From NCBI RefSeq assembly GCF_000010625.1, contig NC_010296.1, positions 5,190,001-5,222,000 of the forward strand: a stretch of 32,000 nucleotides of DNA, read 5' to 3'. Shown piece after piece: positions 10,301-18,625 of the stretch. The notes beneath the pieces were generated by a model. It saw only the letters and a program-made list of their open reading frames with translations. It ran no database searches and was not told where the DNA came from. Position 1 is the first letter of the stretch; each line of letters begins with the position of its first letter. The translations under genes and the position numbers were made by a program. The stretch is from Microcystis aeruginosa NIES-843. GTDB taxonomy: Bacteria; Cyanobacteriota; Cyanobacteriia; Cyanobacteriales; Microcystaceae.

Positions 10301-11791
10301 CTTTGGATTTTCAGCAATATTAGTCTGATTCCATTGAGCTAATAACTTTTGTTCTGATAAAGGTAAAATAGGTAATAATTCAATCGATTGTTCAGGATTA
10401 ATGGCAATTCCTTCTAATAAAGTTTTAAAGTGGGTAATCATGCGCTCAATTGTGTCTTGATTAAACAACGCGCAATTATAATCAAACGATCCAACTAAAC
10501 CCTCAGTCGTTTCTTGCATGGCTAAGGTTAAATCAAATTGAGCAATTAAAGCATTCATCGTGACGGGAGTTAATTTTAAATCCGCCATCGAAAAATGATT
10601 AATGTGCAGCATATCTTCCCAAGAAAACATCACTTGGAATAAAGGACTATAACTTATGTTTCGTTGAGGATTTACCGCTTCTACCACCTTCTCTAAGGGT
10701 AAATCTTGGTGTTCATAAGCTTCTAAAACTACTTGTTTGACTTGATTTAATAAAGCTTTAAACGAGAGATTTTCTTTAAACTGAGTCCGAATGGGTAAGG
10801 TATTAATAAAGCAACCAATTAAGGGTTCAATTTCAGGAAATTGTCGATTTCCACTAGGAATTCCAATCACAATATCTTCTTGACTGCTATAACGATATAA
10901 TAAAATATTAAAAGCCGTTAACAGCGTCATATTCAAAGTAGCGGTTGACGTTTGGCTAATATTTTTCAGGTTTTGGCTTAATTCTGGACTTATTTTAAAT
11001 GTACAATTATTGCCTTTAAACGTTTGTATGGGAGGACGAGGATGATCAGTGGGAATTTCCAATAAGGGTGGAATTCCCGTTAATTTTTGTTTCCAATAAT
11101 TAACTTCCTGGGTGAGTTTATCTCCTTGTAACTGTTGTCTTTGCCAAACGGCAAAATCACCATATTGAATAGGCAAATCGGGTAAAGGATTAGATTGTTT
11201 TTGTAAAAAAGCTTGATATAAACTAGAAAGTTCTTCGAGTAAAACTTTCATTGACCAGCCATCAAAAATAGAATGGTGTAAACTCAAAAACAAAAGATAA
11301 GAATCAGCTTTTAATTTAACCAAAAAAGTCCGCATTAAGGGAGCTTTGGTTAAGTCAAAGGGAGTATAAATTTCTTGTTCGGTTAATCGCTCTAATTCTT
11401 GGGTTTGTTCCGCAGAAGATAAAGACTGTAAATCCAGCAAGGTAAAATTTAAATGAATTTTAGGGTTAATAATTTGTCTGGGAATTTCGTCAACTTCTTG
11501 AAAACAGGTCTGCAACACTTCATGACGTTGCTTAATAGTTTCCAAAGCTTTTCTAAAGATATCAATATCTAAATTGCCTTCAATTTGAAAGCGAAACGGC
11601 ATATTATAGGTATAGCCTTGAGCTTCTAATTGGTACAAAAACCAAAGTCGTTCTTGGGAAAAAGAAAGCGGTACAAGTTGAGACGGATTTCTAGTCGGTA
11701 TTGTATTCGTTTTTAAACCGATTCCTTTTTTTTGTAGTAATAGCTTCAGTAATTTTTGTTTGTCTTGAGAATTATCGTTCATTTTTGACAT
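7319..11791 (-). CDS. aerG2: NRPS module C(LCL)-A-T-R (terminal thioester reductase)
   Basis: 1490 aa. Motifs seen:
- C domain: HHSIFDGWS.
- A domain: YTSGSTGTPKG, NAYGPTE, YKTGDLARY, GRIDNQVKIRGFRIE, SSGKIDR.
- T domain: LGGHSLKA.
- Reductase: TGATGFLG and YTQSK.
My hand-extracted specificity code is DVENIGAITK. Confidence 0.9.
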   Translation of the reverse strand: MSKMNDNSQDKQKLLKLLLQKKGIGLKTNTIPTRNPSQLVPLSFSQERLWFLYQLEAQGYTYNMPFRFQIEGNLDIDIFRKALETIKQRHEVLQTCFQEVDEIPRQIINPKIHLNFTLLDLQSLSSAEQTQELERLTEQEIYTPFDLTKAPLMRTFLVKLKADSYLLFLSLHHSIFDGWSMKVLLEELSSLYQAFLQKQSNPLPDLPIQYGDFAVWQRQQLQGDKLTQEVNYWKQKLTGIPPLLEIPTDHPRPPIQTFKGNNCTFKISPELSQNLKNISQTSTATLNMTLLTAFNILLYRYSSQEDIVIGIPSGNRQFPEIEPLIGCFINTLPIRTQFKENLSFKALLNQVKQVVLEAYEHQDLPLEKVVEAVNPQRNISYSPLFQVMFSWEDMLHINHFSMADLKLTPVTMNALIAQFDLTLAMQETTEGLVGSFDYNCALFNQDTIERMITHFKTLLEGIAINPEQSIELLPILPLSEQKLLAQWNQTNIAENPKVCIHELFEHQVLKNPNGIAIEWCREKITYQDLNHRANQLAHYLQSKGVKVESLVGICLEQSVSIIISFLAIIKTGAAYLVLAPNYPQERLNYILNDAQVSVLITQNTLVNLFRDHQAEVVCLDTEENLIVSQSQNNLVNPIQPNNLAYIIYTSGSTGTPKGVMIEHQSLVNHSLGIIKVYDLTNRDRILQFASFTFDVAAEEIYPTFLTGATLVMRPALMFPSLADFTQFIQQKCLTVINLPATYWHEWVLDLSQTLITLPETLRLVITGSEEVLPERLILWQKILSNSQREDITWLNAYGPTEATITSTVFNPNFIHKIAQIHSVAIGKPITNTQVYICDRYLQQVPIGIPGELLIGGLGLAKGYLNRDDLTREKFITHAFNSSEYQRFYKTGDLARYLPDGNIEFLGRIDNQVKIRGFRIEIGEIEAVLTEYPDVRATAVIVREDQTNNKQLVAYIVPKYPSIDPAKLRSFLKQKLPDYMIPAFFVQLQELPLMSSGKIDRNALPAPTESQYQKTMITPRTATEKIVAEIWQDVLGLKQISIFDNFFDLGGHSLKAAQVISRLREQLAINIPLNYLFSEPTVAGLSSNLDLNLSDTIESDQIPDWQVEIALDPTIQPPNILTFFPQKPADILLTGATGFLGIHLLAELLDKTEANIHCLIRDKSLEQAQAKIYQKLKTFQLWDEQKSSRIIPVIGDLSQKRLGMCEPDFLELANQIDVIYHNGAWVNAIYPYSILKPTNVLGTAEILRLACLIKTKPVHFVSTISVFSPSYAQGNLIQESDPLGINHGLNAGYTQSKWVAEKLIMEAGKRGLPMTIFRASRIIGHSKTGICNREDLFCRMIKGCIQLGMIPDFGDSTEDLTPVDYVSGAIIHLASQESSLGKAFHLLNSHPTLNRDLFDCVREMGYPLQLVSFEKWRSHLTEQCKINTDNALSPVLDNFSDENLSAGYPPQFDDQNTMMGLKGTAFNFPPIDQKLLKTYFEYFTKSGFLTK
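7322..8404 (-). other. Thioester reductase (TD/R) domain of AerG2
   Basis: Begins at ILLTGATGFLGIHLL (Rossmann NAD(P)H motif) and contains the catalytic YTQSK. It covers the 361 C-terminal residues. Confidence 0.85.
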
Positions 11792-11875
11792 GAGTTAATA
11801 GGATTTATTTAATTTAGTGATTTTAGGTTGGTTTAATGGATACAAATCAACCTAAAAATTGTTTAATTATTGATG

Positions 11876-12652
11876 CTAAATAGCGGTATAACCTCCATCT
11901 ACCATTAAAATTGCTCCAGTTACATAAGAGGAAGCTTCGGATGCTAAAAACACGACAGGACCAATTAACTCTTCTAAATCTCCGGTTCGTTTCATGGGAA
12001 TTCTAGTATATAATTCGTCCATTTCATCCGAAGTTGAACGTAAACCTTCTGTTCCTTCCATCATATTATTCATATACCCCGGTGCAAAAGCATTGACTCG
12101 AATTTTGTGACTAGCTAATTCGACCGCTAGGGATTTTACTAATTGATTGACACCACCTTTTGCGGCGCTATATGCTCCTGAAGATTTGGGAACAGCAACG
12201 AAAGCACAGATAGAAGAATTCATAATAATTGAACCTGCTGTTCCTTGTTTGATCATTTGTTTGGTTGCGAGTTGAGCGCAATTAAAATAACCTTTTAAGT
12301 CAACATTAATAACCTGATCCCATTCAAATTCCTCTAATTCATCAGTGTTTTTGAGAATTTCAACTCCTGCATTACAGACCATAATATCGAGTTGACCATA
12401 ATGAGCAACCGCCTGGTTAATTAAATTCTGACAAGCTTGACGTTGACGAACATCGGTCTCAATTGCCATGGCTTCGCCTCCTGCTTCTTGAATCAGTTGA
12501 ACCGTTTGTTCAGCACCGACTTGATTAATATCACCAATTACCACCTTAGCTCCAGCTTGTGCTAATCCTTGGGCTAATACCCGACCAATTCCTCGGGCAG
12601 CACCCGTGATAATTGCAACTTTACCTGTTAAATCAAAGAGATGATTTGTCAT
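11876..12652 (-). CDS. Classical short-chain dehydrogenase/reductase (FabG / gluconate-5-dehydrogenase-like)
   Basis: 258 aa with cofactor motif TGAARGIGRV, NAG (CNAGV) and catalytic YSAAK. It lies between aerG1 and aerG2 on the same strand. Confidence 0.85.
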   Translation of the reverse strand: MTNHLFDLTGKVAIITGAARGIGRVLAQGLAQAGAKVVIGDINQVGAEQTVQLIQEAGGEAMAIETDVRQRQACQNLINQAVAHYGQLDIMVCNAGVEILKNTDELEEFEWDQVINVDLKGYFNCAQLATKQMIKQGTAGSIIMNSSICAFVAVPKSSGAYSAAKGGVNQLVKSLAVELASHKIRVNAFAPGYMNNMMEGTEGLRSTSDEMDELYTRIPMKRTGDLEELIGPVVFLASEASSYVTGAILMVDGGYTAI

Positions 12653-12707
12653 TTTTTTCCTTCAGTTTAAATCAATGTCCACTATAGAAAGTTTAATTCA
12701 TTTAGGT

Positions 12708-15700
12708 TCAGCTTTGAGATAATAAAGCTTGAACTTCTTCTGGTGAAAGTCTAGAAATTTCTTGAACTGTTACGGCAATTTCATTCAGTAAACCTTCATT
12801 ACCCACTAATTCAATCATGACTTGAGTTAATTGGCTGATAGTTGAGTGATTAAAAAGTTGGCGCACAGAAATTTCAATTTCTAAGGTTTGACGGATTTTA
12901 CTAATCAGTTGAATCGCTTTTAAAGAATGCCCACCTAACAGAAAGAAATCGTCTTCAATCCCAACTCGTTCGACTTCTAAAATTTCTGCCCAAATTTCTG
13001 CTAAAACTTCTTCAATTGCAGTTCGAGGAGCGACATAATTTTGAGTTAACGATAAGGGGTTTTTATCGGGTATTGGTAAGACTTTTCGATCAACTTTACC
13101 GTTAGGACTGAGTTGAAAAGATTCCATCACCACAAAAGCAGAGGGAATCATATAATCGGGTAGCCAGTTTTCAAGAAAATGACGTAATTCAACTTGGTTT
13201 ACGGTTTCACCTGGACGGGGAATAAAATAAGCGGCTAAATATTTTTCTCTGGCGGTTTCTCCCTGAACTGTAGCAATGGCTTGGGCAATTTGAGGATGTT
13301 GATTTAAAATAGTTTCTACTTCCCCTAATTCAATTCTATAACCTCTAACTTTGACCACATCATCAATTCTTCCTAAATATTCAATGTCTCCATTGGGTAA
13401 ATAACGAGCTAAATCTCCAGTTTTATACAGCAATGAATTATCGCTAAAGGGATTAGCAATAAATTTTTCTTTGGTTAATTGGGGATTGTTGAAATAACCC
13501 CGCGCTAAACCGCCACCCGCAACATATAACTCGCCAGTGACTCCGATGGGTACAGGTTGAAGATGGGAATTTAAAATATAAACTTGCACATTAATCGCGG
13601 GTTTACCAATGGGAATATACTTCGGCCAAAGCTCAGGATTAGGGTCAAAGGTATAACTGGTAACGATATCCGCTTCTGTCGGGCCATAAAAATTGTAAAG
13701 CGTACAATGTTCGAGTTTCTTGAATGCAGAAATCATCGCTGGAGTAATTTGTAATTGCTCTCCAGCTGAAATAATTTCACGCAAGTTAGCAAATAAGTAG
13801 GTTTCCTCACTATAGGTTTCAATTAATTGTTGTAACAAAGTAACGGGCAAAATCGCTTTATAAATAGGGTTATTTGCCAATAATTGACTTATTTTAGCAA
13901 GGTCTAAGCGGGCATCTTCTGGAACAATAAATAAGCTTCCCCCTAAACACCAGGCTGCAAACATTTCGTGATAGCTAACATCGAAATTGAAGGGAGCAAA
14001 TTGTAAGAAATTTCTCTCCGGTGACATTTTCGCCTGATGATGCTCAATAATATTGGTTAAGGATTGATGCAGGATCATAATCCCTTTTGGCACACCCGTA
14101 GAGCCTGAACTATAAATAATATAGGCCAAATCCTTTAAACTCACGGGGTTGTCAAGATTAGTCTTGGGTTCTAAGGCAATTTCTGACCCTTGTTCATCCA
14201 ATAAAATCCGTTGAGAAATGGTTTCACTGTTTAAAAGAGATTGACAATCTTTTTGGGTTAATAAGGTTTTGATTTGGGTGTCTTGCAGGATGTAAGAAAG
14301 TCTTTCTTGAGGATAGGTTGGATCTAGGGGAACACAAACACCGCCTACTTTTAACACTGCTAAAACGGCAATTACCATATTAACAGACCGTTCTAAACAA
14401 ATCCCGACTAAAGATTGAAAACTCACCCCAATTTTTTGTAAATAATGAGCCAATTGATTAGCAGATTCATTCAGTTCTTGGTAGGTTAATTGTTGCTCTT
14501 GAAAAACAACGGCAATGGCTGAAGTAGTTTTGAGAGTTTGTTGCTCAAATAATTGATGAACGCACTGTTTTAGGGGAGTTTCGGGTGCAGTTTTATTCCA
14601 TTCAATTAATAATAATTGACCTTCAGCTTCCGTTAATAAAGGTAAGTCTTGAATCCGACGATGGGGATTAATGGCGATTCCTTCTAATAAGGTTTTAAAA
14701 TGACCTAACATCCTTTCAATGGTGTCATTTTCAAATCGTTCTTGAGGATAAATAATTTTAATACTTAAGGCTTCTCCTGGGGTGACAATAACCGTTAAGG
14801 GATAATCAGCATTGCCATAATCTTGCATTTCACCGACTTGTAAACCGCCTAAATTCTGACTATCATTGTCGCTAAAGGGTAAATTTTCAAAGACAACAAA
14901 ACTTTCAAAAACTGAATGAGGGGACGGAATTTCACTCCATTTTTGAATATCAATTAGAGAACTATAACTATATTGCTCTCGTTCTAAATGCTCTTGTTGT
15001 AATTGTTGAAACCAAGTTAATAATTCAAGTTGAGACTCAATTTGGATGCGAACGGGTAAGGTATTTAAAAACATCCCCACCATCGATTCAATCCCAGTAA
15101 AATTGGGCGGTCGTCCCGAAACGGTTGCCCCAAATACAATATCAGATTCACTACTATAATGATGCAATAATAAAGCCCAAGCTCCTTGAATTAGGGTAGA
15201 AAGAGTAAGGCGATATTCTTGGGCGAGTAATTTCAGACGACTGGTAATTTCTGGAGAAAGTTTTAATTTTTGATGAAGATAATTTTTACTTTGAGTAACA
15301 AGAGGATTTAACGGTTTATCAACGACTAATGGAGTTGGAGAGGTAAAACCTTGAAGATTTTTTCGCCAAAATCGTTCGGCTTCAGTTTGATCTTGCTGTT
15401 GTAGCCAATTAATATAGTCTTGATAAGGGCGGGGTGTGGGTAAATTGACGGGTTGATAGTTGATGAGTCCAGCGTAAAAATCGAAAACTTCTTTCAACAG
15501 AATTGCTGTTGCCCAACCATCTAATAAAATATGATGTCCAGTATGGATAAATTCATATTTTTGATCTTCAAATCGAATTAAATGACATCGAATTAAGGGG
15601 ACTTTATCTAATTCAAAATATTGCTCTTTATCAGAGGTTAATAATTCCTGAAATTTAGTTTCTTGTTCGGCGGGAGAATGTGATCGCCAATCCTGATTAA

Positions 15701-15986
15701 ACCAAGGCAAGGTGACATTTTTTCTAACCACTTGTAAAGGCTGTTTGGTTTTTTTCCAAGCAAAACAAGTCCGTAAAATACTATGTCTATCTACTACTTT
15801 TTGCCAAGCTTGTTGGAACGCATTAATATCTAAATTGCCTTGCAAGGTGATTTGAATTTGTGATAAATACGTCTTTGATTCTGGATTATATAAAGAATGA
15901 AACAGCATCCCCTGCTGCATGGGAGAAAGGGGATAAATGGATTCAATATCTTTTTTACTAACCCTAGATTGTTGAGGTGTTACCAT
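12708..15986 (-). CDS. aerG1: NRPS module C(DCL-type)-A-T, predicted Choi-activating
   Basis: The N-terminus YPLSPMQQGMLFHSL is typical of DCL condensation domains that accept a D-configured donor. Other motifs are HHILLDGWA, YSSGSTGVPKG, NFYGPTE, YKTGDLARY, GRIDDVVKVRGYRIE, NGKVDR and LGGHSLKA. My hand-extracted code is DVHIIAFIVK. I place the start at ATG 15986. The ORF track starts at TTG 15998. Confidence 0.9.
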   Translation of the reverse strand: MVTPQQSRVSKKDIESIYPLSPMQQGMLFHSLYNPESKTYLSQIQITLQGNLDINAFQQAWQKVVDRHSILRTCFAWKKTKQPLQVVRKNVTLPWFNQDWRSHSPAEQETKFQELLTSDKEQYFELDKVPLIRCHLIRFEDQKYEFIHTGHHILLDGWATAILLKEVFDFYAGLINYQPVNLPTPRPYQDYINWLQQQDQTEAERFWRKNLQGFTSPTPLVVDKPLNPLVTQSKNYLHQKLKLSPEITSRLKLLAQEYRLTLSTLIQGAWALLLHHYSSESDIVFGATVSGRPPNFTGIESMVGMFLNTLPVRIQIESQLELLTWFQQLQQEHLEREQYSYSSLIDIQKWSEIPSPHSVFESFVVFENLPFSDNDSQNLGGLQVGEMQDYGNADYPLTVIVTPGEALSIKIIYPQERFENDTIERMLGHFKTLLEGIAINPHRRIQDLPLLTEAEGQLLLIEWNKTAPETPLKQCVHQLFEQQTLKTTSAIAVVFQEQQLTYQELNESANQLAHYLQKIGVSFQSLVGICLERSVNMVIAVLAVLKVGGVCVPLDPTYPQERLSYILQDTQIKTLLTQKDCQSLLNSETISQRILLDEQGSEIALEPKTNLDNPVSLKDLAYIIYSSGSTGVPKGIMILHQSLTNIIEHHQAKMSPERNFLQFAPFNFDVSYHEMFAAWCLGGSLFIVPEDARLDLAKISQLLANNPIYKAILPVTLLQQLIETYSEETYLFANLREIISAGEQLQITPAMISAFKKLEHCTLYNFYGPTEADIVTSYTFDPNPELWPKYIPIGKPAINVQVYILNSHLQPVPIGVTGELYVAGGGLARGYFNNPQLTKEKFIANPFSDNSLLYKTGDLARYLPNGDIEYLGRIDDVVKVRGYRIELGEVETILNQHPQIAQAIATVQGETAREKYLAAYFIPRPGETVNQVELRHFLENWLPDYMIPSAFVVMESFQLSPNGKVDRKVLPIPDKNPLSLTQNYVAPRTAIEEVLAEIWAEILEVERVGIEDDFFLLGGHSLKAIQLISKIRQTLEIEISVRQLFNHSTISQLTQVMIELVGNEGLLNEIAVTVQEISRLSPEEVQALLSQS

Positions 15987-16077
15987 TATTTTTCCCAATA
16001 GATTAAATAAAAATGTGCGTGAGTTTATTGAATCAAATTTTATTCAATAAATACGATAAACTTAGAACGAATTACCT

Positions 16078-17022
16078 TTAACGTTGACTAGACCACTTGA
16101 GTTTAAATTTGTTAATTTCTTCATCGGTGTAAAAATGACTCACTAATGGTTGATCATAAATTTCTTCTAAATATTCATCACTAAAGGTGAGACTCTTTCT
16201 TAAATTATCATAGATGAGATAGTCATCCGCTTCTAAAAAGTCTGCTCGGTCAAGTCGTTCACAATCTAAATTTTCAACACCTAAAAAAGTTTCTAGGGCT
16301 TCTTTTAAGCAAGAATCAAGTTTTTCTAATTTTAAGACTAATAAGTCAATATTTCTGTCTGGGAAATTCGCAATCGCATAACCTTTTTCTTTCGGAAAAT
16401 CAATGGAAGCGATATCAATGCCGAAAACTGGTTGCAATTCTTCTTCAAACCAGTCAAACTGCTTTCCATAAACAAATTTTTGAGACCAAAATTTTTTAAT
16501 AATTTCATCCATTGTGATTAATCCTTCTTGATATTTTATAAAAAATTCAGGAAAAACAGATTGACAATGAATGACTTGAAAAAACCAAGAAATATTACGG
16601 GCGATGGGTTCTCGGACTCCAGTAATAATTTTAATATTTTTTTGATTTTTAATTTCCTCAATGTGTTCGCTTAAATATTTGGTCATACAGGAATGCCCAA
16701 AGGTAAAAGCATGATAATGTTTCTCCAGTTGCATTGTTTTCCAAATTTTTGAGAAATGTTCTGAATTCAGATTATGAATATGATAAATAGCTTGATTTTG
16801 CAGATGTTTTTTTAGGGTCAAATAGGTACTCATTGAACCGACTTTCCCCATTTGATAAACAAATATGACTGAAGAATTATTGAGAAGTTCTTGTTTTAAT
16901 TTTCTTTCTGTATTCCACATATTAATCCTATTATTCATATAGGAATACACGGGAAAAAACTGTTTATCTGCGATGGGATAATAGTTAAGAGCTTGGTTTG
17001 AGAGTTTAGTTTGTGTGTTCAT
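16078..17022 (-). CDS. PAPS-dependent sulfotransferase-family protein
   Basis: It has a P-loop-like 5'-phosphosulfate-binding motif (YQMGKVGSMSTYLTL) and a 3'-phosphate-binding-like motif (GVREPIARNISWF). I place the start at ATG 17022 (MNTQTKL...), which avoids overlap with aerF. The alternative ATG at 17082 would overlap the aerF 3' end by 29 nt. Published Microcystis aer clusters include a sulfotransferase, but I am not sure of its letter (aerL or aerK). Confidence 0.7.
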   Translation of the reverse strand: MNTQTKLSNQALNYYPIADKQFFPVYSYMNNRINMWNTERKLKQELLNNSSVIFVYQMGKVGSMSTYLTLKKHLQNQAIYHIHNLNSEHFSKIWKTMQLEKHYHAFTFGHSCMTKYLSEHIEEIKNQKNIKIITGVREPIARNISWFFQVIHCQSVFPEFFIKYQEGLITMDEIIKKFWSQKFVYGKQFDWFEEELQPVFGIDIASIDFPKEKGYAIANFPDRNIDLLVLKLEKLDSCLKEALETFLGVENLDCERLDRADFLEADDYLIYDNLRKSLTFSDEYLEEIYDQPLVSHFYTDEEINKFKLKWSSQR

Positions 17023-17053
17023 GATGCTTGTTGATGATGCTGGAGGGTTGAAT

Positions 17054-17854
17054 TTAAAATGCTGACGAGGATAAACCACCATCGATGGGAATAGTAATTC
17101 CCGTTATATAACTCGCACATTCTGAAGCTAAAAATACAACGAGATTAGCAAATTCTTCAGTCGTACCAATTCGATTCATGGGAATTGTTTTTAGAATTCC
17201 TTCTCGGATTAAATCTGGGGTTGTTCCTTGCTTTTTGGCATAAATTTCTAAATATTCTCGATGTCTAGGGGTATCAATAACGCCGGGGTTAACACTATTA
17301 ATTAAAACATTATAGGGGGCGGTTTGTCTAGCTACTGATTTGGTAAAATTCATTAAAGCTGCATTGACAACACCCGATTTAACTAAACGAGGAGATGGCT
17401 CTTTTCCCGATGTCCCAATGATATTAACAATTCTTCCCCAATGTTGTTTTTTCATAATCGGTAACACTAAATTGGTTAATCGAATATAACCCATTAATTT
17501 TCCTTGAAAAACGTTTAACCAATCTTCATCGGAAAGGTTTTCAATTAAATTCTCAGCAAAGTTAGCTCCTTCAGAATTATTTACTAAAATGTCAATTTTG
17601 CCATATTGATTTAAAGAGTCCTGTATTAATTGTTCAGAATCTTGAGCTTGATGGACATCAGCCACTAAACTCAGAATTTCTTGGACAGGATAAGCTTGAG
17701 CCAGAGATTGATAAGCTTGTTCTAAGCGTTGGGAATTGCGACCACAAATAATTAAGTGACAGCCTTCTTCTGCTAATTTTTCAGCAATGGTAAACCCAAT
17801 TCCCGCACTACTTCCCGTAATCAAAGCCACTTTATCTTTTAATCCTAAATCCAT
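17054..17854 (-). CDS. aerF: SDR-family NADPH-dependent reductase of the Choi pathway (BacG-like)
   Basis: 266 aa with the TGSSAGIG cofactor motif. It follows the aerD-aerE pair as in published aer clusters. Confidence 0.8.
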   Translation of the reverse strand: MDLGLKDKVALITGSSAGIGFTIAEKLAEEGCHLIICGRNSQRLEQAYQSLAQAYPVQEILSLVADVHQAQDSEQLIQDSLNQYGKIDILVNNSEGANFAENLIENLSDEDWLNVFQGKLMGYIRLTNLVLPIMKKQHWGRIVNIIGTSGKEPSPRLVKSGVVNAALMNFTKSVARQTAPYNVLINSVNPGVIDTPRHREYLEIYAKKQGTTPDLIREGILKTIPMNRIGTTEEFANLVVFLASECASYITGITIPIDGGLSSSAF

Positions 17855-17902
17855 AAACTTTGTCCTAGCATTTTGAGGTTAAACTTAAAATCATAAAACG
17901 AA

Positions 17903-18529
17903 CTAAATTAAAATTTTAATCAAATTAATATCTTGTTTAGATGAATTATATCCCTTTTTTAAAACTTTTGAAGGAGCATAATAAATTTGACCATATTCTA
18001 AACACTGTTCTTCATTTTCTATGGAGATTTCTAATTTTCCATTCAAAATAAATCCGATTTCTTCTTGCTCACCTTGATGTGGGGGAATGGAATAACCCGA
18101 AGGGATTTTCATTATGACAATTTCAAACCAAGAACCCTTAACAGATTGACAAGGTAAGTGAGTGATTTTATCTTGGTTGTTGGATAGTGTTAATACAACG
18201 TCTTCTGAAGGTAAAGCAGAGGTAATCCGTTTAAGATCAAATCCAATCATCGGTTCTGATAAAGGATTAAAAGCACCATGAGGAATATTGCCATCAGCTA
18301 TATAAACATCTTGCAAAGGTCTTAAGGGTTTAATCAAATCTTTAATATACAGTTCTAGTTCTGCTGAGAATACCATGCCAATTTGACTTTCAGGATGTTG
18401 GTGGGATTCAAGTTTAGCATTAGGAGCTATAACGTATAATTGAAAAATGGTATCTTGGCATTGAAAAACCTCTAATTCTACATGATGATTGAGTTTAAGA
18501 GGATCGGGAATTGGGAAAAATTCAGACAT
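17903..18529 (-). CDS. aerE: Bicupin protein of the Choi pathway (BacB-like)
   Basis: It has two cupin-like halves with His-containing motifs (ESHQHPESQIGMV...HGAFN and IPPHQGEQEEIGFIL). It lies between aerD and aerF. I place the start at ATG 18529. The ORF track begins at TTG 18550. Confidence 0.75.
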   Translation of the reverse strand: MSEFFPIPDPLKLNHHVELEVFQCQDTIFQLYVIAPNAKLESHQHPESQIGMVFSAELELYIKDLIKPLRPLQDVYIADGNIPHGAFNPLSEPMIGFDLKRITSALPSEDVVLTLSNNQDKITHLPCQSVKGSWFEIVIMKIPSGYSIPPHQGEQEEIGFILNGKLEISIENEEQCLEYGQIYYAPSKVLKKGYNSSKQDINLIKILI

Positions 18530-18625
18530 GATTTTAGGGTACAGGTTCAAAATGAAATTGAGAGGTTAAATCTCAATTATTTTTATGTGATGAAGGCAAC
18601 TATTTTGAGCGGATAGGTAGCTTTT

